Shown here piece after piece: positions 18,948 to 28,513 of a DNA stretch of 63,649 nucleotides. The DNA is taken from positions 1 through 63,649 of the forward strand of contig JBDHJS010000018.1 in the NCBI GenBank assembly GCA_039586795.1. The letters are read 5' to 3'. The notes under the pieces were generated by a model, which saw only the letters and a program-made list of their open reading frames with translations, did not search any database and had not been told where the DNA came from. Numbering within the stretch: the stretch's first letter is position 1; each line of letters begins with the position of its first letter. The translations under genes and the position numbers were made by a program. This DNA comes from Gemmatimonadota bacterium (GTDB lineage: Bacteria; Gemmatimonadota; Gemmatimonadetes; Palauibacterales; KS3-K002).

Positions 18948-19127
18948 ATGCATTGCCCGCACTGCAACAACGTTGGTCCCTGCGTCTGGGTCGGCTTCGG
19001 GAAAGACTGGGTTCTCTGTCAGTTCTGCCAGCGCCGGGTTCGGTGGGTGGAAGTCAAAGCGAAGCACCTGATCACCGACGAACAGGGATCGGAATCGACC
19101 GCTCAGAAAGCCGCAGCTTATCACTAG
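18948..19127 (+). CDS. Small zinc-ribbon-like protein (59 aa)
   Basis: TAAGGAG RBS 6 nt before ATG; CPHC-x17-CQFC; hairpin at 19128-19168 after the stop. Confidence 0.6.
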   Translation: MHCPHCNNVGPCVWVGFGKDWVLCQFCQRRVRWVEVKAKHLITDEQGSESTAQKAAAYH

Positions 19128-19495
19128 GCGTGCCCGGCGCGGAGGCAGGCGTACCGCGTCAGGCACGTCATAGACTGGGTGCTGGTCAGGACGAGAGCGC
19201 TCGACCTATACGCTAGTCCCACCTTCCAGTTTCAAACTTCCCAGCAAAAAATCCAGCAATGAGTAAACGGCCGCTCCACGGTCAGCCGCCTGCTTCAGCA
19301 GCAGTTCCGGTCTGTTCCGCAGGCGTCGGGAGCGGCCCTTGATGTCATGCCATTATCGCGGGCTTGCGATTCGCGGAGGCCCTGAATTGAGAACAGATTG
19401 GACTTTGGTGGGGTTCCGAAAAGGGTCTGAATACAAGACGAGGCCCTGCCTCACTTCGCCCACTTGTTTCCGGGCTCAGCGCAGACCAGGGCCCC

Positions 19496-19666
19496 CTAGG
19501 AAAGGTAGGCCGTCCAGAACCGGCTGGACCGGTAGGACATGCTCACCAGAAAGGACAATGGACGGGATCCTACATCTTTCAGCCAGCTGGCGATCGACCT
19601 CTTTTCTTCCCCTGTGGCGGCCAATCCGCCGCATTTCTCTATCATTTCAGCTCTTGCACAACCCAT
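19496..19666 (-). CDS. Small hypothetical protein (56 aa), below the ORF-track length cutoff
   Basis: AGGAGGAG RBS, then MGCARAEMIEKCGGLAATGEEKRSIASWLKDVGSRPLSFLVSMSYRSSRFWTAYLS*. Upstream ECF-like promoter. Confidence 0.45.
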   Translation of the reverse strand: MGCARAEMIEKCGGLAATGEEKRSIASWLKDVGSRPLSFLVSMSYRSSRFWTAYLS

Positions 19667-19708
19667 CGTTCTCCTCCTGCTCCAGTTCCTCCCTGCTTCC
19701 TGTCTATT

Positions 19709-19736
19709 TAGACGCAGTTAGGGTCAAAAGCGTTGC
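19709..19736 (-). promoter_or_regulatory. Candidate ECF sigma promoter
   Basis: GCAAC-N17-CGTCTA on the minus strand. Confidence 0.4.
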
Positions 19737-19772
19737 GTCAGATCCGGAACCACCTCTGGAATGGCTTAAGAA

Positions 19773-19829
19773 GCGGGTACAAAGACGCGAGGGGCGACCA
19801 CCGGCCGCCCCTCGCGTCCTTGTACCCGC
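19773..19829 (-). terminator. Long hairpin/terminator downstream of etfA
   Basis: GCGGGTACAA.GACGCGAGGGGCG pairs with CGCCCCTCGCGTC.TTGTACCCGC. Confidence 0.65.
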
Positions 19830-19847
19830 GGCTGAAGGCCGCCGCAG

Positions 19848-20867
19848 CTAACCGAGCAACTCGTTAACCTTCTTCAGGACCTCGAACGCATCGGCCACAT
19901 AGAGCACGTCGGCCTTGCCCTGCGCCCAGCCACATCCGGCATCCAGGTTGACGGCACGGCGCTCGTTGATGAATCGCCAGCCGACGACGTGTGGCTCCTC
20001 GCCGTGGCAACAAGTGGCCAGTCCTTTCGGGTGTCGCGGCGTCGATCCGGTCTGCCCGACCTGATTCATGTGGGTCATGAAAGAGATCACTTCGTGGCCT
20101 TCCCCTGCCTGATCGACGAGCGACTTGCTGCTGCCCAGTGAGGCCTGAGTGGCATTCAGAAAGCCGAGAATCAGGGTCTCGGCATCTTTGATGTGGCTCT
20201 GGCCATCCGTCTGCTTCTTTGTCCAGCCGGCTCCGGCCACGAACAGCACATCGGCATCCGGCCTGATGGTCTGGGCTTCCACCGCCGGCGCTTCTTCTCC
20301 GACGACTTCGGTGCGCGGGCTCGGGAGATCAACGTCGACCTGAACCAGCGATGCCGTTCCCGCGGGTCCGTCCCAAGCCTCCAAGACCCCGGAATCGACG
20401 AGCATGAACCAGGGCCGCTGGCTTCGGGTCAGGGTGGCCACCATGCGCTGGCGGTAATACCAACGCTCGATTCTTGGTGCGCCGTCGGCAACATCGATCG
20501 CGCCTATGTGCGTGTCGATGCGTCCGTCCATCCGCGAAGCGACGCCGGGCATCGACCGGGAGACTCGCGATGTCCCCGGCGCCAGAACTACCGTCGCCTC
20601 CGCCGCTCTGACCAGAGCCTCGAACGCCGCCGCGTCGGTCGAGTAGCGCGACGCCGCCAGCTCATCTGCGGTCGCCGCGAAGAACGACTCGGCGCCACAA
20701 CCCGCCACCGTGTCCGCCGCGCTCTGGACGTCGGTGCCCACGAGACCAACGGACAACGGGGCGCCCAAGTCGGCAGCCAGCCTCACAGCGCCTCCCAATA
20801 CCTCGCGGGCGGCGCGAGGCAGCGAGCCGTCCTGTTCCGTGTGAGAGATGAAGAGCACCTTCTCCAT
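19848..20867 (-). CDS. etfA: Electron transfer flavoprotein alpha subunit (divergent)
   Basis: ETF N-domain, QVGQTG motif, ADVLYVADAF C-terminus; follows etfB. ATG 20867 after AGGAG. Confidence 0.85.
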   Translation of the reverse strand: MEKVLFISHTEQDGSLPRAAREVLGGAVRLAADLGAPLSVGLVGTDVQSAADTVAGCGAESFFAATADELAASRYSTDAAAFEALVRAAEATVVLAPGTSRVSRSMPGVASRMDGRIDTHIGAIDVADGAPRIERWYYRQRMVATLTRSQRPWFMLVDSGVLEAWDGPAGTASLVQVDVDLPSPRTEVVGEEAPAVEAQTIRPDADVLFVAGAGWTKKQTDGQSHIKDAETLILGFLNATQASLGSSKSLVDQAGEGHEVISFMTHMNQVGQTGSTPRHPKGLATCCHGEEPHVVGWRFINERRAVNLDAGCGWAQGKADVLYVADAFEVLKKVNELLG

Positions 20868-20869
20868 GT

Positions 20870-21679
20870 TCAGCTCCTGAGCCACTCGACGATATCGCGC
20901 GCGACCTCGTCGACCGACATATCTTTCTCGATCCGCGTCTCGCGCCGCTGCTGCGGCACTTCGACCTTCACGTAGGTCACTCCTTCGGCGCCCACCTGCG
21001 CGGCCTGCGCCTTTTGCAGTGCCGGCATGATCCCCCGCATGTTCTGCATGCCTACCTGCGGATTGTTCGGCGGCTCGGGAAGCTCGCCAGTCGACCAGGC
21101 GAGCGCCGCCGGTGCGCCCTGGCAAACGGAGACCAGGTAGCGGCCGCCCTCGATGCGCTCGAGGACGCGCAACGAGCCGTCGTCCTGAACCGTCAGCTTG
21201 TCGACGGCCAGAAACTGATCGGTGATTCCGAGGCGCTCGCCGACCATCTGCAGCGTGACACCCGCATCACGGGACGCGGACGCGCGACCTCCAAACAGCA
21301 GCATGCGCGATCGATCCAGCCCATCGATGCCTTCGATCGCTTGCGCCAACGCCGTCGCCGTCTCAACAGGGTCGACGAAACCGCCGGCCGGACCGTCAGC
21401 GGCGACCAGCTCGAACGGCACCTTCTGCGCGATCGACATCATCAGCTGCTGTAACCGGGCCTTGGGTCCCAGGCTCACCAGCCAGACCTTGCTGTCACCA
21501 CTCTGCGCGGCCAGGTGCGCCGCCTCGTACAGGGCATGCCCCGCCCACGGGTCGAGCACCGACGGCAGCATCATCTCGTTCTTCAGCGCCGGACCCGACG
21601 GTCCCTCTACGGGCTCCAGGACCTGCAGCGGGTCAGGAACGAGACTGCCGCAAACAACGATGTGAAAGCCTGAACTCAT
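20870..21679 (-). CDS. etfB: Electron transfer flavoprotein beta subunit (divergent)
   Basis: HIVVCGSLVPD, LDPWAGHALYEA, VSLGP, GGRASASRDAG. Confidence 0.85.
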   Translation of the reverse strand: MSSGFHIVVCGSLVPDPLQVLEPVEGPSGPALKNEMMLPSVLDPWAGHALYEAAHLAAQSGDSKVWLVSLGPKARLQQLMMSIAQKVPFELVAADGPAGGFVDPVETATALAQAIEGIDGLDRSRMLLFGGRASASRDAGVTLQMVGERLGITDQFLAVDKLTVQDDGSLRVLERIEGGRYLVSVCQGAPAALAWSTGELPEPPNNPQVGMQNMRGIMPALQKAQAAQVGAEGVTYVKVEVPQQRRETRIEKDMSVDEVARDIVEWLRS

Positions 21680-21693
21680 GAAAATAGTCCCCT

Positions 21694-22266
21694 TCAGAAA
21701 CTGAGGCCGAGGTCCACCTGCACAACTCTGTTCTTAATGGTCCCCGCCTCCGATTTCCAGACATCGGTCGTGCCGAAGATGTAGGCAACGTCGAGGGAGA
21801 ACATGAGGAGCTTTCCGCCTACACCGACTTTGTAGCCGAAGTCGAACGCCTCGGTCTGGTTGTCTTCGCAGAAGAACGCCTCACCGTTCAGCAGCACCGG
21901 GCCGTTCTGGGTATTACAGTCGATCTCGAACCCCAGGTTGATCCCGGCGTAGGCTCGGATAAACGGGATGGTGACGCGCAGCATGACCGGGACTTCGATG
22001 TAGTCCAGATTCACGCTGGCCGTGTCGCTGTCGAACCCCTTCTGACTGTAGTACGCTCCTCCCATGAACCCGATCATACCGCCGCGCTCGGTGAAGATAC
22101 CGACGTTGAAGCCACTGACATCCTTGACGCTTCCAACATCCTGACCGTCTACCTGCACAGTCGGCATGGAGTAGTTCCAACCGGCCTGGATTCCGACCTG
22201 AGCGCCGGCCGGCGCTGCGATGACCAGAATCGCCGCGCTCACCAACAACAGCGTTGCAGCTCTCAT
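21694..22266 (-). CDS. Outer-membrane beta-barrel / porin family protein
   Basis: Signal peptide (AGA-Q), YSQKG, LDYIEVP, alternating beta-strands, C-terminal Phe. ATG 22266 after GAGGTG. Confidence 0.8.
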   Translation of the reverse strand: MRAATLLLVSAAILVIAAPAGAQVGIQAGWNYSMPTVQVDGQDVGSVKDVSGFNVGIFTERGGMIGFMGGAYYSQKGFDSDTASVNLDYIEVPVMLRVTIPFIRAYAGINLGFEIDCNTQNGPVLLNGEAFFCEDNQTEAFDFGYKVGVGGKLLMFSLDVAYIFGTTDVWKSEAGTIKNRVVQVDLGLSF

Positions 22267-22276
22267 CTTATCACCT

Positions 22277-24136
22277 CTAGTTCTCGGCTGAATGCAGCCC
22301 GCCGGCACCAGCCCGGAACTCGATGTTGCCCCGTTCCAGCTCACCCTCTACCGGCTGGGTGCAGTTCCAAACGCAAGCACCGCAGTGAATGCACTTCTCG
22401 CGGTCGAACTGCGGCACTCCGCTTTCGTCCGGCGTTATCGCCTCGCCGGAACAAACCTCGATGCACAACTGATTGTCACACGCTTCGCAGACGCTCGGAT
22501 ATATGAACACCACATGGTCCGGATATCCCGGCGGCGCCTGCACTTTGCCGCCCATCAGCAGGGCGTCCTGGTGCGACACGAGCAACTTGCCATCGTAAGG
22601 GATCTCGGGCCAGCCGGCAGCCAACATCAGCGCATCGTGCATCGCTGAGCCCGCCGCAGCGGCCTCACCGCGGACTCTCTGGATATCGCTGCCGGTCAGC
22701 GTTCCCTCATAGTAGTCAGTCAAGGATGGGACGTGATCCTGGGGGCGTTTGACTTCGCTCGAGATATTGATCTTGCCCTTGGAAAGCCCGGTCAGCCCCA
22801 TCCCCAGTAGCCCCTGCACGAAGCCCTTCTGGAAGCCGTCCCGCGCCTTCTCCGCCACGCCCAGTTCTTTCTCCAGCCAGCTGCCGCGCCGCCGCTGCAC
22901 GTATGCCTTTTCCAGATTCTCTTTCGTGAACGGTCGCTCGTGTTTGAGCAGGTCGATGACGCCTTCGGCGAGCTGGACGCCGGTCGTCCACGCCTCGTCG
23001 ACGCCCGAACCCGTTAGCACGTTGGTGCTGCCCGACCCTTCCCCAACCCGCGCGTATCCGTCGCCCACCAGGTGCGGCTCGCCACGGCGCCCCGATTCGG
23101 CGAGCGTCTTCGCGCCCCACGATCGCATGGTTCCGCCCTCGAGGTGACGCCAGATATAGGGATGCATCATCCAGTGCTGGAGATAGCGGTAGCTCGCACG
23201 GACGGGGCTCTCGAACCACGAAGGAACGAAGATGCCGACGGACGCCACGTTGTCGGGGTAGACGTAGAAGAAGCCGAAGATCTCAGGTTCCGGGTACCCG
23301 ATCGTGTGGAACACCGTACCCGGCTCCAGCGAACAACCCTCCGGTAGGTCGACGACCATCTTCATGCCGACCGCCCAGTCCCGCTGGTGATGGCCTTCGG
23401 GGAGCCCGAAGTGCTCATCGATCTGCCGGCCCACCGGGCCGATTGGCCCATCGGCGACGACCGTCAGCGCCGCCCGAACATCCATACCGGGCATGTACCC
23501 GGCGTCGGGGGTCCCCTGTGCATCGACGCCCTGGTCGGCAAGTCGCACGCCGACGACCGCATCCTTCTCGATGATCGGCCCGGCAACCGGCGAGCTTGGC
23601 CAAAGCTGGATGAGCCCCTGGGCCATCAGCTGCTGACCCACCCACTGGTTGAACTGCCCGATGGACAGGACGATCCCGTCCTTCTTCTCCATGAAGTCGG
23701 GGATGTACGGTAACTCGACCGCTTTCTCCCGGCTCTTACCGATGAGCTTCAGGCTAGCCGTCAGCGCATCCATGCTCTTCACGCCCCTCGGCCTTCGGCT
23801 CGCCCCTACTGGGTCTTTGAGATAGACGAGTTTCTCCCTTGTCACCTCATGAGCCATCGGGATCTGCGAGAGATCGAGGTTAGGGAAGGACTCACGGATT
23901 CCGCGGGCCCGAGTTACGACGCCCGAGACGCCGAATCCGATGTCGTCCGCTCGTTCGTAGCAAAGCACCTGGAGCGGCATGCCCGGCATCGCCGAGCTCA
24001 TCATGTAGGGCTGAAGATCCGGGTCCTGCATGGCCCGGGACAGCGTCGTCAGGAAACCGCCCGACGCCGGACCGAACCCGACGCAGACGATATCAACGTC
24101 CATGCTCTGGCGCTGGACGTCCACCGCTTCGATCAT
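22277..24136 (-). CDS. ETF-quinone oxidoreductase (FixC-FixX-like fusion with C-terminal 4Fe-4S)
   Basis: DIVCVGFGPASG, ADGPIG, SWGAKTL, C-terminal CEAC...C...C and CIHCGACVWNC. Confidence 0.88.
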   Translation of the reverse strand: MIEAVDVQRQSMDVDIVCVGFGPASGGFLTTLSRAMQDPDLQPYMMSSAMPGMPLQVLCYERADDIGFGVSGVVTRARGIRESFPNLDLSQIPMAHEVTREKLVYLKDPVGASRRPRGVKSMDALTASLKLIGKSREKAVELPYIPDFMEKKDGIVLSIGQFNQWVGQQLMAQGLIQLWPSSPVAGPIIEKDAVVGVRLADQGVDAQGTPDAGYMPGMDVRAALTVVADGPIGPVGRQIDEHFGLPEGHHQRDWAVGMKMVVDLPEGCSLEPGTVFHTIGYPEPEIFGFFYVYPDNVASVGIFVPSWFESPVRASYRYLQHWMMHPYIWRHLEGGTMRSWGAKTLAESGRRGEPHLVGDGYARVGEGSGSTNVLTGSGVDEAWTTGVQLAEGVIDLLKHERPFTKENLEKAYVQRRRGSWLEKELGVAEKARDGFQKGFVQGLLGMGLTGLSKGKINISSEVKRPQDHVPSLTDYYEGTLTGSDIQRVRGEAAAAGSAMHDALMLAAGWPEIPYDGKLLVSHQDALLMGGKVQAPPGYPDHVVFIYPSVCEACDNQLCIEVCSGEAITPDESGVPQFDREKCIHCGACVWNCTQPVEGELERGNIEFRAGAGGLHSAEN

Positions 24137-24149
24137 CGATGGCCCTCCA

Positions 24150-26384
24150 TCACTGCGGGTAGTCGAGGGCCTCGGGGATCGTGACCTCGGTGATCGCTCG
24201 CGCCGCCCGGTCTTTGGCCAGGCGTGAACCCGTGAGGCAGCCGTCAAGCTTACCGCGCCGAAGCGTGAAGGGCTCGTAACCGTCGAAGCGGACACACGGC
24301 CCGCGCTTCAGCGGAGCTTCACCGTCTTCATCGAACGCGTCGACCGCACACGAACACAGACCTGGCGCCACCGCCTCAAGAACCGCTAGCTCCCTGCCCT
24401 GGAAGGCGCGGTCGGCGTCGCTGGTCCACGAGGGATGCTGGTTGTAGCCGAATACCAACGAAGAACAGATCCTTCCCACTTCACCGCCAGCGCTCGCCGC
24501 CTGGACGTGCGCCAGGTCCGTGAAGAACCGCACGAAACCGGGCAGTGCCTCTGCCAGACTCGGGTTCAGACCCCCGTTCTCGTCCAACTCGATCACGTCC
24601 ATGATCTGATAGCGCGAAGCCATCAGCCAGCACAGCGCGTCGGCCATCGGGAAGGTGACACCCTGGCGGTGCCCCTTGTACAGCGGCGCGCCGCTGTCGT
24701 CGGTCGCGTCGAGCAGGTGGCGAAGCGTCCAGAGCCACAGGTCCATCGCCGACGCCAGCGTGCAGCCGCCGGAACCCGGACGGTGCCCCGCGACCTGGCG
24801 CAACTCCCGAATCCATTCCTCGAACTGCGCCAGGAAAACCGGATTTGTCATCGTGACGCTCAGCTGCCGGCGTTGCACAGCTTCCGGCCCTTCGTACGTC
24901 GCTTCCAGCTGCGCGTCCATCCACTTCTGCGGCAAGAACCCTGGACAGTCTTCCGTGATCCCATACCCGCCCATCAGGCTCACCGCCTCGCGCATCATGT
25001 TCGCGCCGTGCCCGGTGTTCCACAGCTTGATAGCGGGGCATAGAACATTGGCCAGCGAGTCTTTCACCAGATACTGGATCAGTTCGTTCGACTCCAGTTC
25101 CTGGAACCGAGCCTGATCGCGCTCGTTCTCCGGTTTCGCGGCGAGGCGTACGTACTCAACCGCCTGGTCCGTCCACTTGGCCAACGCTCGAATAGACTTT
25201 CGGCCTTCGGGTATTTCATACCGCTTGAAGATCTCCTCGCGGCTATGATCCAGTGGATCCAACTCGTCAAATAACCTCGCTCCCGCGAAGCCCAGTGATG
25301 CGCTCGCCTCGCCCGTCGCCCAGATGTCGGTCACGCGGTGCAACACGTCTTCCTTCTGCTGCAGACCCAACTCGTGGCGTGGCGTGCCCGGCGTGTCCAT
25401 CGATCCGCCGCGGAAGCGACCTCGATGGTACCGGATCACCGGCTCTACCGCCGACAACAGCTTGGCCGCAGTCATCATGCCGACCGTCACACGCGTACGG
25501 CGGAACACCGAGTCGATGATCTCGGAGTGCGTGTAGTTCGGAACGATCACGCCGTCCTCGATGGTGTAGCCACCGATGATACGGCTCGCGGGAACATCGA
25601 GGCTGAATGCGGGATCACTGGTGGCAGAGAGCTGGTGAACGAGCTTCTTGGTCGGAGTGCCGCGATCGTACGTCCCTGGATCGCTCTCCTCGAGAATGAT
25701 CATGCAACTGCTCTTGATGCGATCATCGCCGGTATCCACCGCCGCGGACACAAAGTTGGCAAACGCCATGTTGGTGATGAATCGACCGCGCTTCTCTACA
25801 TGTAGGACCGGCTCCTCGCCTTCTTTCCACTCCTTCACCGTGACTTTTCCGCCCAGGATACCCGTGTCCACACCGACGTAAGGGATCGGCTCCGTCAACG
25901 CGAACGCGCTGCGCTCAACCTCACGATCCTCGCCAGGCTGCGGCGGCGCAAACCGCCTCGAGTACTCCTCCTTCTGCTCGAGCGTCCCTTTCTCATGAAT
26001 CGGCGACAGACCCAGGTGACCCGCCATGGCGCCCGTCGATGCGCCGCCGTCCACCCAGGCCAGCTCGAACGCCGCCAATGCCATCGCCAGGTTCTTTGGA
26101 CCTTCGATGAAGCCGCCGTACTCCGGCTCCAGGAACACGCTGGTGATCCCCGCCTCGTCGTAGGCCTTGAGCAGCGCGTTCTTCTCTTCCGTCCATTCGT
26201 GCGTGTTTCGCGCACCCTCGGCGACCAGTCTCGCCACGGGTCCGCGCGCCACCGCTCGCGCCGCCTGCACCAGCATCTGAAGGTCGTAGCGATCGCTGAA
26301 CCGCCACATCACCTGGCGCACGTCATCGCCCGGAAGCGTGCCGAGACCGGTCTGGGTCTGAGTATCAGGGTTGGCTGAGCTCAT
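24150..26384 (-). CDS. Large acyl-CoA dehydrogenase family protein
   Basis: AFALTEP, KRGRFITN, LMGGYG, TYEGPEAVQR. Confidence 0.9.
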   Translation of the reverse strand: MSSANPDTQTQTGLGTLPGDDVRQVMWRFSDRYDLQMLVQAARAVARGPVARLVAEGARNTHEWTEEKNALLKAYDEAGITSVFLEPEYGGFIEGPKNLAMALAAFELAWVDGGASTGAMAGHLGLSPIHEKGTLEQKEEYSRRFAPPQPGEDREVERSAFALTEPIPYVGVDTGILGGKVTVKEWKEGEEPVLHVEKRGRFITNMAFANFVSAAVDTGDDRIKSSCMIILEESDPGTYDRGTPTKKLVHQLSATSDPAFSLDVPASRIIGGYTIEDGVIVPNYTHSEIIDSVFRRTRVTVGMMTAAKLLSAVEPVIRYHRGRFRGGSMDTPGTPRHELGLQQKEDVLHRVTDIWATGEASASLGFAGARLFDELDPLDHSREEIFKRYEIPEGRKSIRALAKWTDQAVEYVRLAAKPENERDQARFQELESNELIQYLVKDSLANVLCPAIKLWNTGHGANMMREAVSLMGGYGITEDCPGFLPQKWMDAQLEATYEGPEAVQRRQLSVTMTNPVFLAQFEEWIRELRQVAGHRPGSGGCTLASAMDLWLWTLRHLLDATDDSGAPLYKGHRQGVTFPMADALCWLMASRYQIMDVIELDENGGLNPSLAEALPGFVRFFTDLAHVQAASAGGEVGRICSSLVFGYNQHPSWTSDADRAFQGRELAVLEAVAPGLCSCAVDAFDEDGEAPLKRGPCVRFDGYEPFTLRRGKLDGCLTGSRLAKDRAARAITEVTIPEALDYPQ

Positions 26385-26624
26385 TACACGATGCCCCTTT
26401 CAACAGCCTCTCTAACTGAAGCCAGATCTTCTGGAATGCTCGCTGTCTATCCGGGACAAATTGCCACAGATAGAGCATAAAGATTCTCGTTATTCCCTGG
26501 GAGATCCCCTGGAACCTAAGGATTCATTGCCGTTTGCGACACTCAATTTAGCAAGAGGTGAGCCAGTCGGTTAGCCGCCGGCGCTCTGCGCAACCGCGTT
26601 CGGTGTCGGGAACGCCGAGACACG

Positions 26625-26930
26625 CTAGGAGCCCAGGGTATCGAGAGCAACCTCGTGCATCTCGAGCTCGGACCGGCCCCTGAACATGTCCTTTGGCGGC
26701 ACCCGGCTGTGGGCCTCCTTAAAGGCATCGCTTTCGGTCCATGCCTGGAAGGCGGCCTCATTCTCCCAGAACGTCAGCACTATGAAATAGTCGCTCTTCA
26801 AGGGGCGAAGAACCATGTTGCGGATGAAGCCGGGCTGGCCATCGACCAGCCCTCTTCGTGTGCGGAATCGTTCGAGGAAAGCCTCCTCATGTCCATCGGC
26901 GACGGGAATGCGATTCTGAACGACGATCAT
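26625..26930 (-). CDS. ABM-family monooxygenase, heme-degrading IsdG/HmoA/MhuD-like
   Basis: MIVVQNRI, F.ERF, PGF, TFWE, AWTESDAFKEAH (Asn/Trp/His triad). Confidence 0.85.
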   Translation of the reverse strand: MIVVQNRIPVADGHEEAFLERFRTRRGLVDGQPGFIRNMVLRPLKSDYFIVLTFWENEAAFQAWTESDAFKEAHSRVPPKDMFRGRSELEMHEVALDTLGS

Positions 26931-28460
26931 CTAGTCACTCTCTTCCTCGGGAACGCGGATCAGCGTCGCTCCCATCAGCTCGAGCGCTTTGACTTTGCCG
27001 TCGCTGCCGATGACGAACGTGGCAGTCCCTTCTCCCACCCACCGATTGCGGTAGACGGCGAGGAACGTGTCGTAGTGCCAGTGCTCGAGGTCGGCAGTGA
27101 GGTAGGGAGAGCGTTCGAGGATCAAGGCGCCGTCACCGTAGCTGACGCTTACCGAACCGAACAACCTATCCGTATACGTTCCGGCATACTCAGCGAGCGG
27201 TAGGGTCGGCTCGGTGTCGAGAATTTGTTCGTTGCGGAACTTCTCCTCCTGCTCCGCCGCTTCCGCGGCGAACCCATCGTACAACTCCTTCAGCTCGGAG
27301 CTCCAGTCACGCCACGGCTCGCCGAGGTACGCATCGAACACCCTTAGCATCAATGCATGACGCAACTCCGTGTGGTCACGGTTGGCGAATACGACCACGC
27401 CCAATTCGTGATCGGGGAGCAACCCAACGATGGCCACGGTGCCGTCGATGCTGCCGGTGTGAAACGCGACGAACTGGCCACGGTAATCCTGAAGGAACCA
27501 GCCGAGCCCGTAAGCGGTGAATCGCGGCCGAGTGAGACGCGCCGTAGGATAGAAGTTCCTCTGGGGTATGAGGGTCTGAGGTCGGAAGAGCTCTTCGAAC
27601 ACCTCTTCGCTGACTAGTTGCTGGCCGCCCACCGAACCTTCGTTCAACAGAAAGCGGAGCCAGCGCGTCATGTCCATCACGCTCGAGTACATGGAACCGG
27701 CGGGGGCGATGGGGTCGACGAGGCCGACTCCGGTGCCGGAGATTTCTCGCAGCGTGTCGTCGATCACGTCGTGGATGGCGGCAACGTTGTCCTTGCCCTG
27801 CACGTGGAGTCCCTGGGTCACCGTCTCTTCCATACCCAACGGCTGCAGGATTCGCTCAATCACCAGTTCGTCCCAGGTCGTGCCATCCGCCTGTCCCGCA
27901 ATGATCCCAGCCGTCGCGAAAGAGACGTTGTTGTAGGCGTAGGCGGAGCGGAAGCTGGATTGCGGTTCTACAAATCGTAGGCGACCGATCACTTCGGAGA
28001 AGTCCAGGTCGATGCCCCACCATAGGTACCACGGATCGCCAAACCCGACCCGGTGGGAGAGCAGGTCGCGGATGGTGATCTCCCGGGTCGGATACGGATC
28101 GTAGAGAACGAATCCCGGGACGTGCTTACTGACCGGATCGTCCCAAGAGAGCTTACCGGCATCCACCATCATCGCAACAGCCATAGACGTGAAAGCTTTG
28201 GTCGTTGACGCATTGGCGAACAGCGTGTGAACGTCCACAGGCTCATCGTCGCCCAGTCGCCGCACGCCATAGCCCTCGGCAAACACCACCGCGCCGTCTT
28301 TCACGACCGCCACGGCAAGGCCCGGGACTCCCCAGTCGCTGACAGCCTGGCTCACGTACGCGTCAAAGCCGGCGAGTGGGTCACCGGCGCCTGGGTCCTG
28401 CGCCGATAGCGGCGCGCTCGCGAACAGAAGCAGACATACAGCCAAAGTTACGGCCCGCAT
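26931..28460 (-). CDS. Secreted serine hydrolase (beta-lactamase class C family) with DUF3471
   Basis: Signal peptide, STTK (SxxK), YNN, HTG, YAGTY C-domain. ATG 28460 after AGGAGG. Confidence 0.9.
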   Translation of the reverse strand: MRAVTLAVCLLLFASAPLSAQDPGAGDPLAGFDAYVSQAVSDWGVPGLAVAVVKDGAVVFAEGYGVRRLGDDEPVDVHTLFANASTTKAFTSMAVAMMVDAGKLSWDDPVSKHVPGFVLYDPYPTREITIRDLLSHRVGFGDPWYLWWGIDLDFSEVIGRLRFVEPQSSFRSAYAYNNVSFATAGIIAGQADGTTWDELVIERILQPLGMEETVTQGLHVQGKDNVAAIHDVIDDTLREISGTGVGLVDPIAPAGSMYSSVMDMTRWLRFLLNEGSVGGQQLVSEEVFEELFRPQTLIPQRNFYPTARLTRPRFTAYGLGWFLQDYRGQFVAFHTGSIDGTVAIVGLLPDHELGVVVFANRDHTELRHALMLRVFDAYLGEPWRDWSSELKELYDGFAAEAAEQEEKFRNEQILDTEPTLPLAEYAGTYTDRLFGSVSVSYGDGALILERSPYLTADLEHWHYDTFLAVYRNRWVGEGTATFVIGSDGKVKALELMGATLIRVPEEESD

Positions 28461-28513
28461 CGAGACCTCCTGAGGCAGGATCTTGTCGATAGGATCGAGC
28501 TTGAGGACGTTGA

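Noticed and set aside
19285..19325. Minus strand CAGACCGGAA...GAAGCAG resembling the SRP RNA core
   Set aside because: Spacing and the GNRA-capped helix do not match the conserved SRP domain IV.
19339..19851. 170-aa plus-strand ORF
   Set aside because: No RBS, no motif and atypical composition; it overlaps a better-supported minus-strand small ORF and a terminator.
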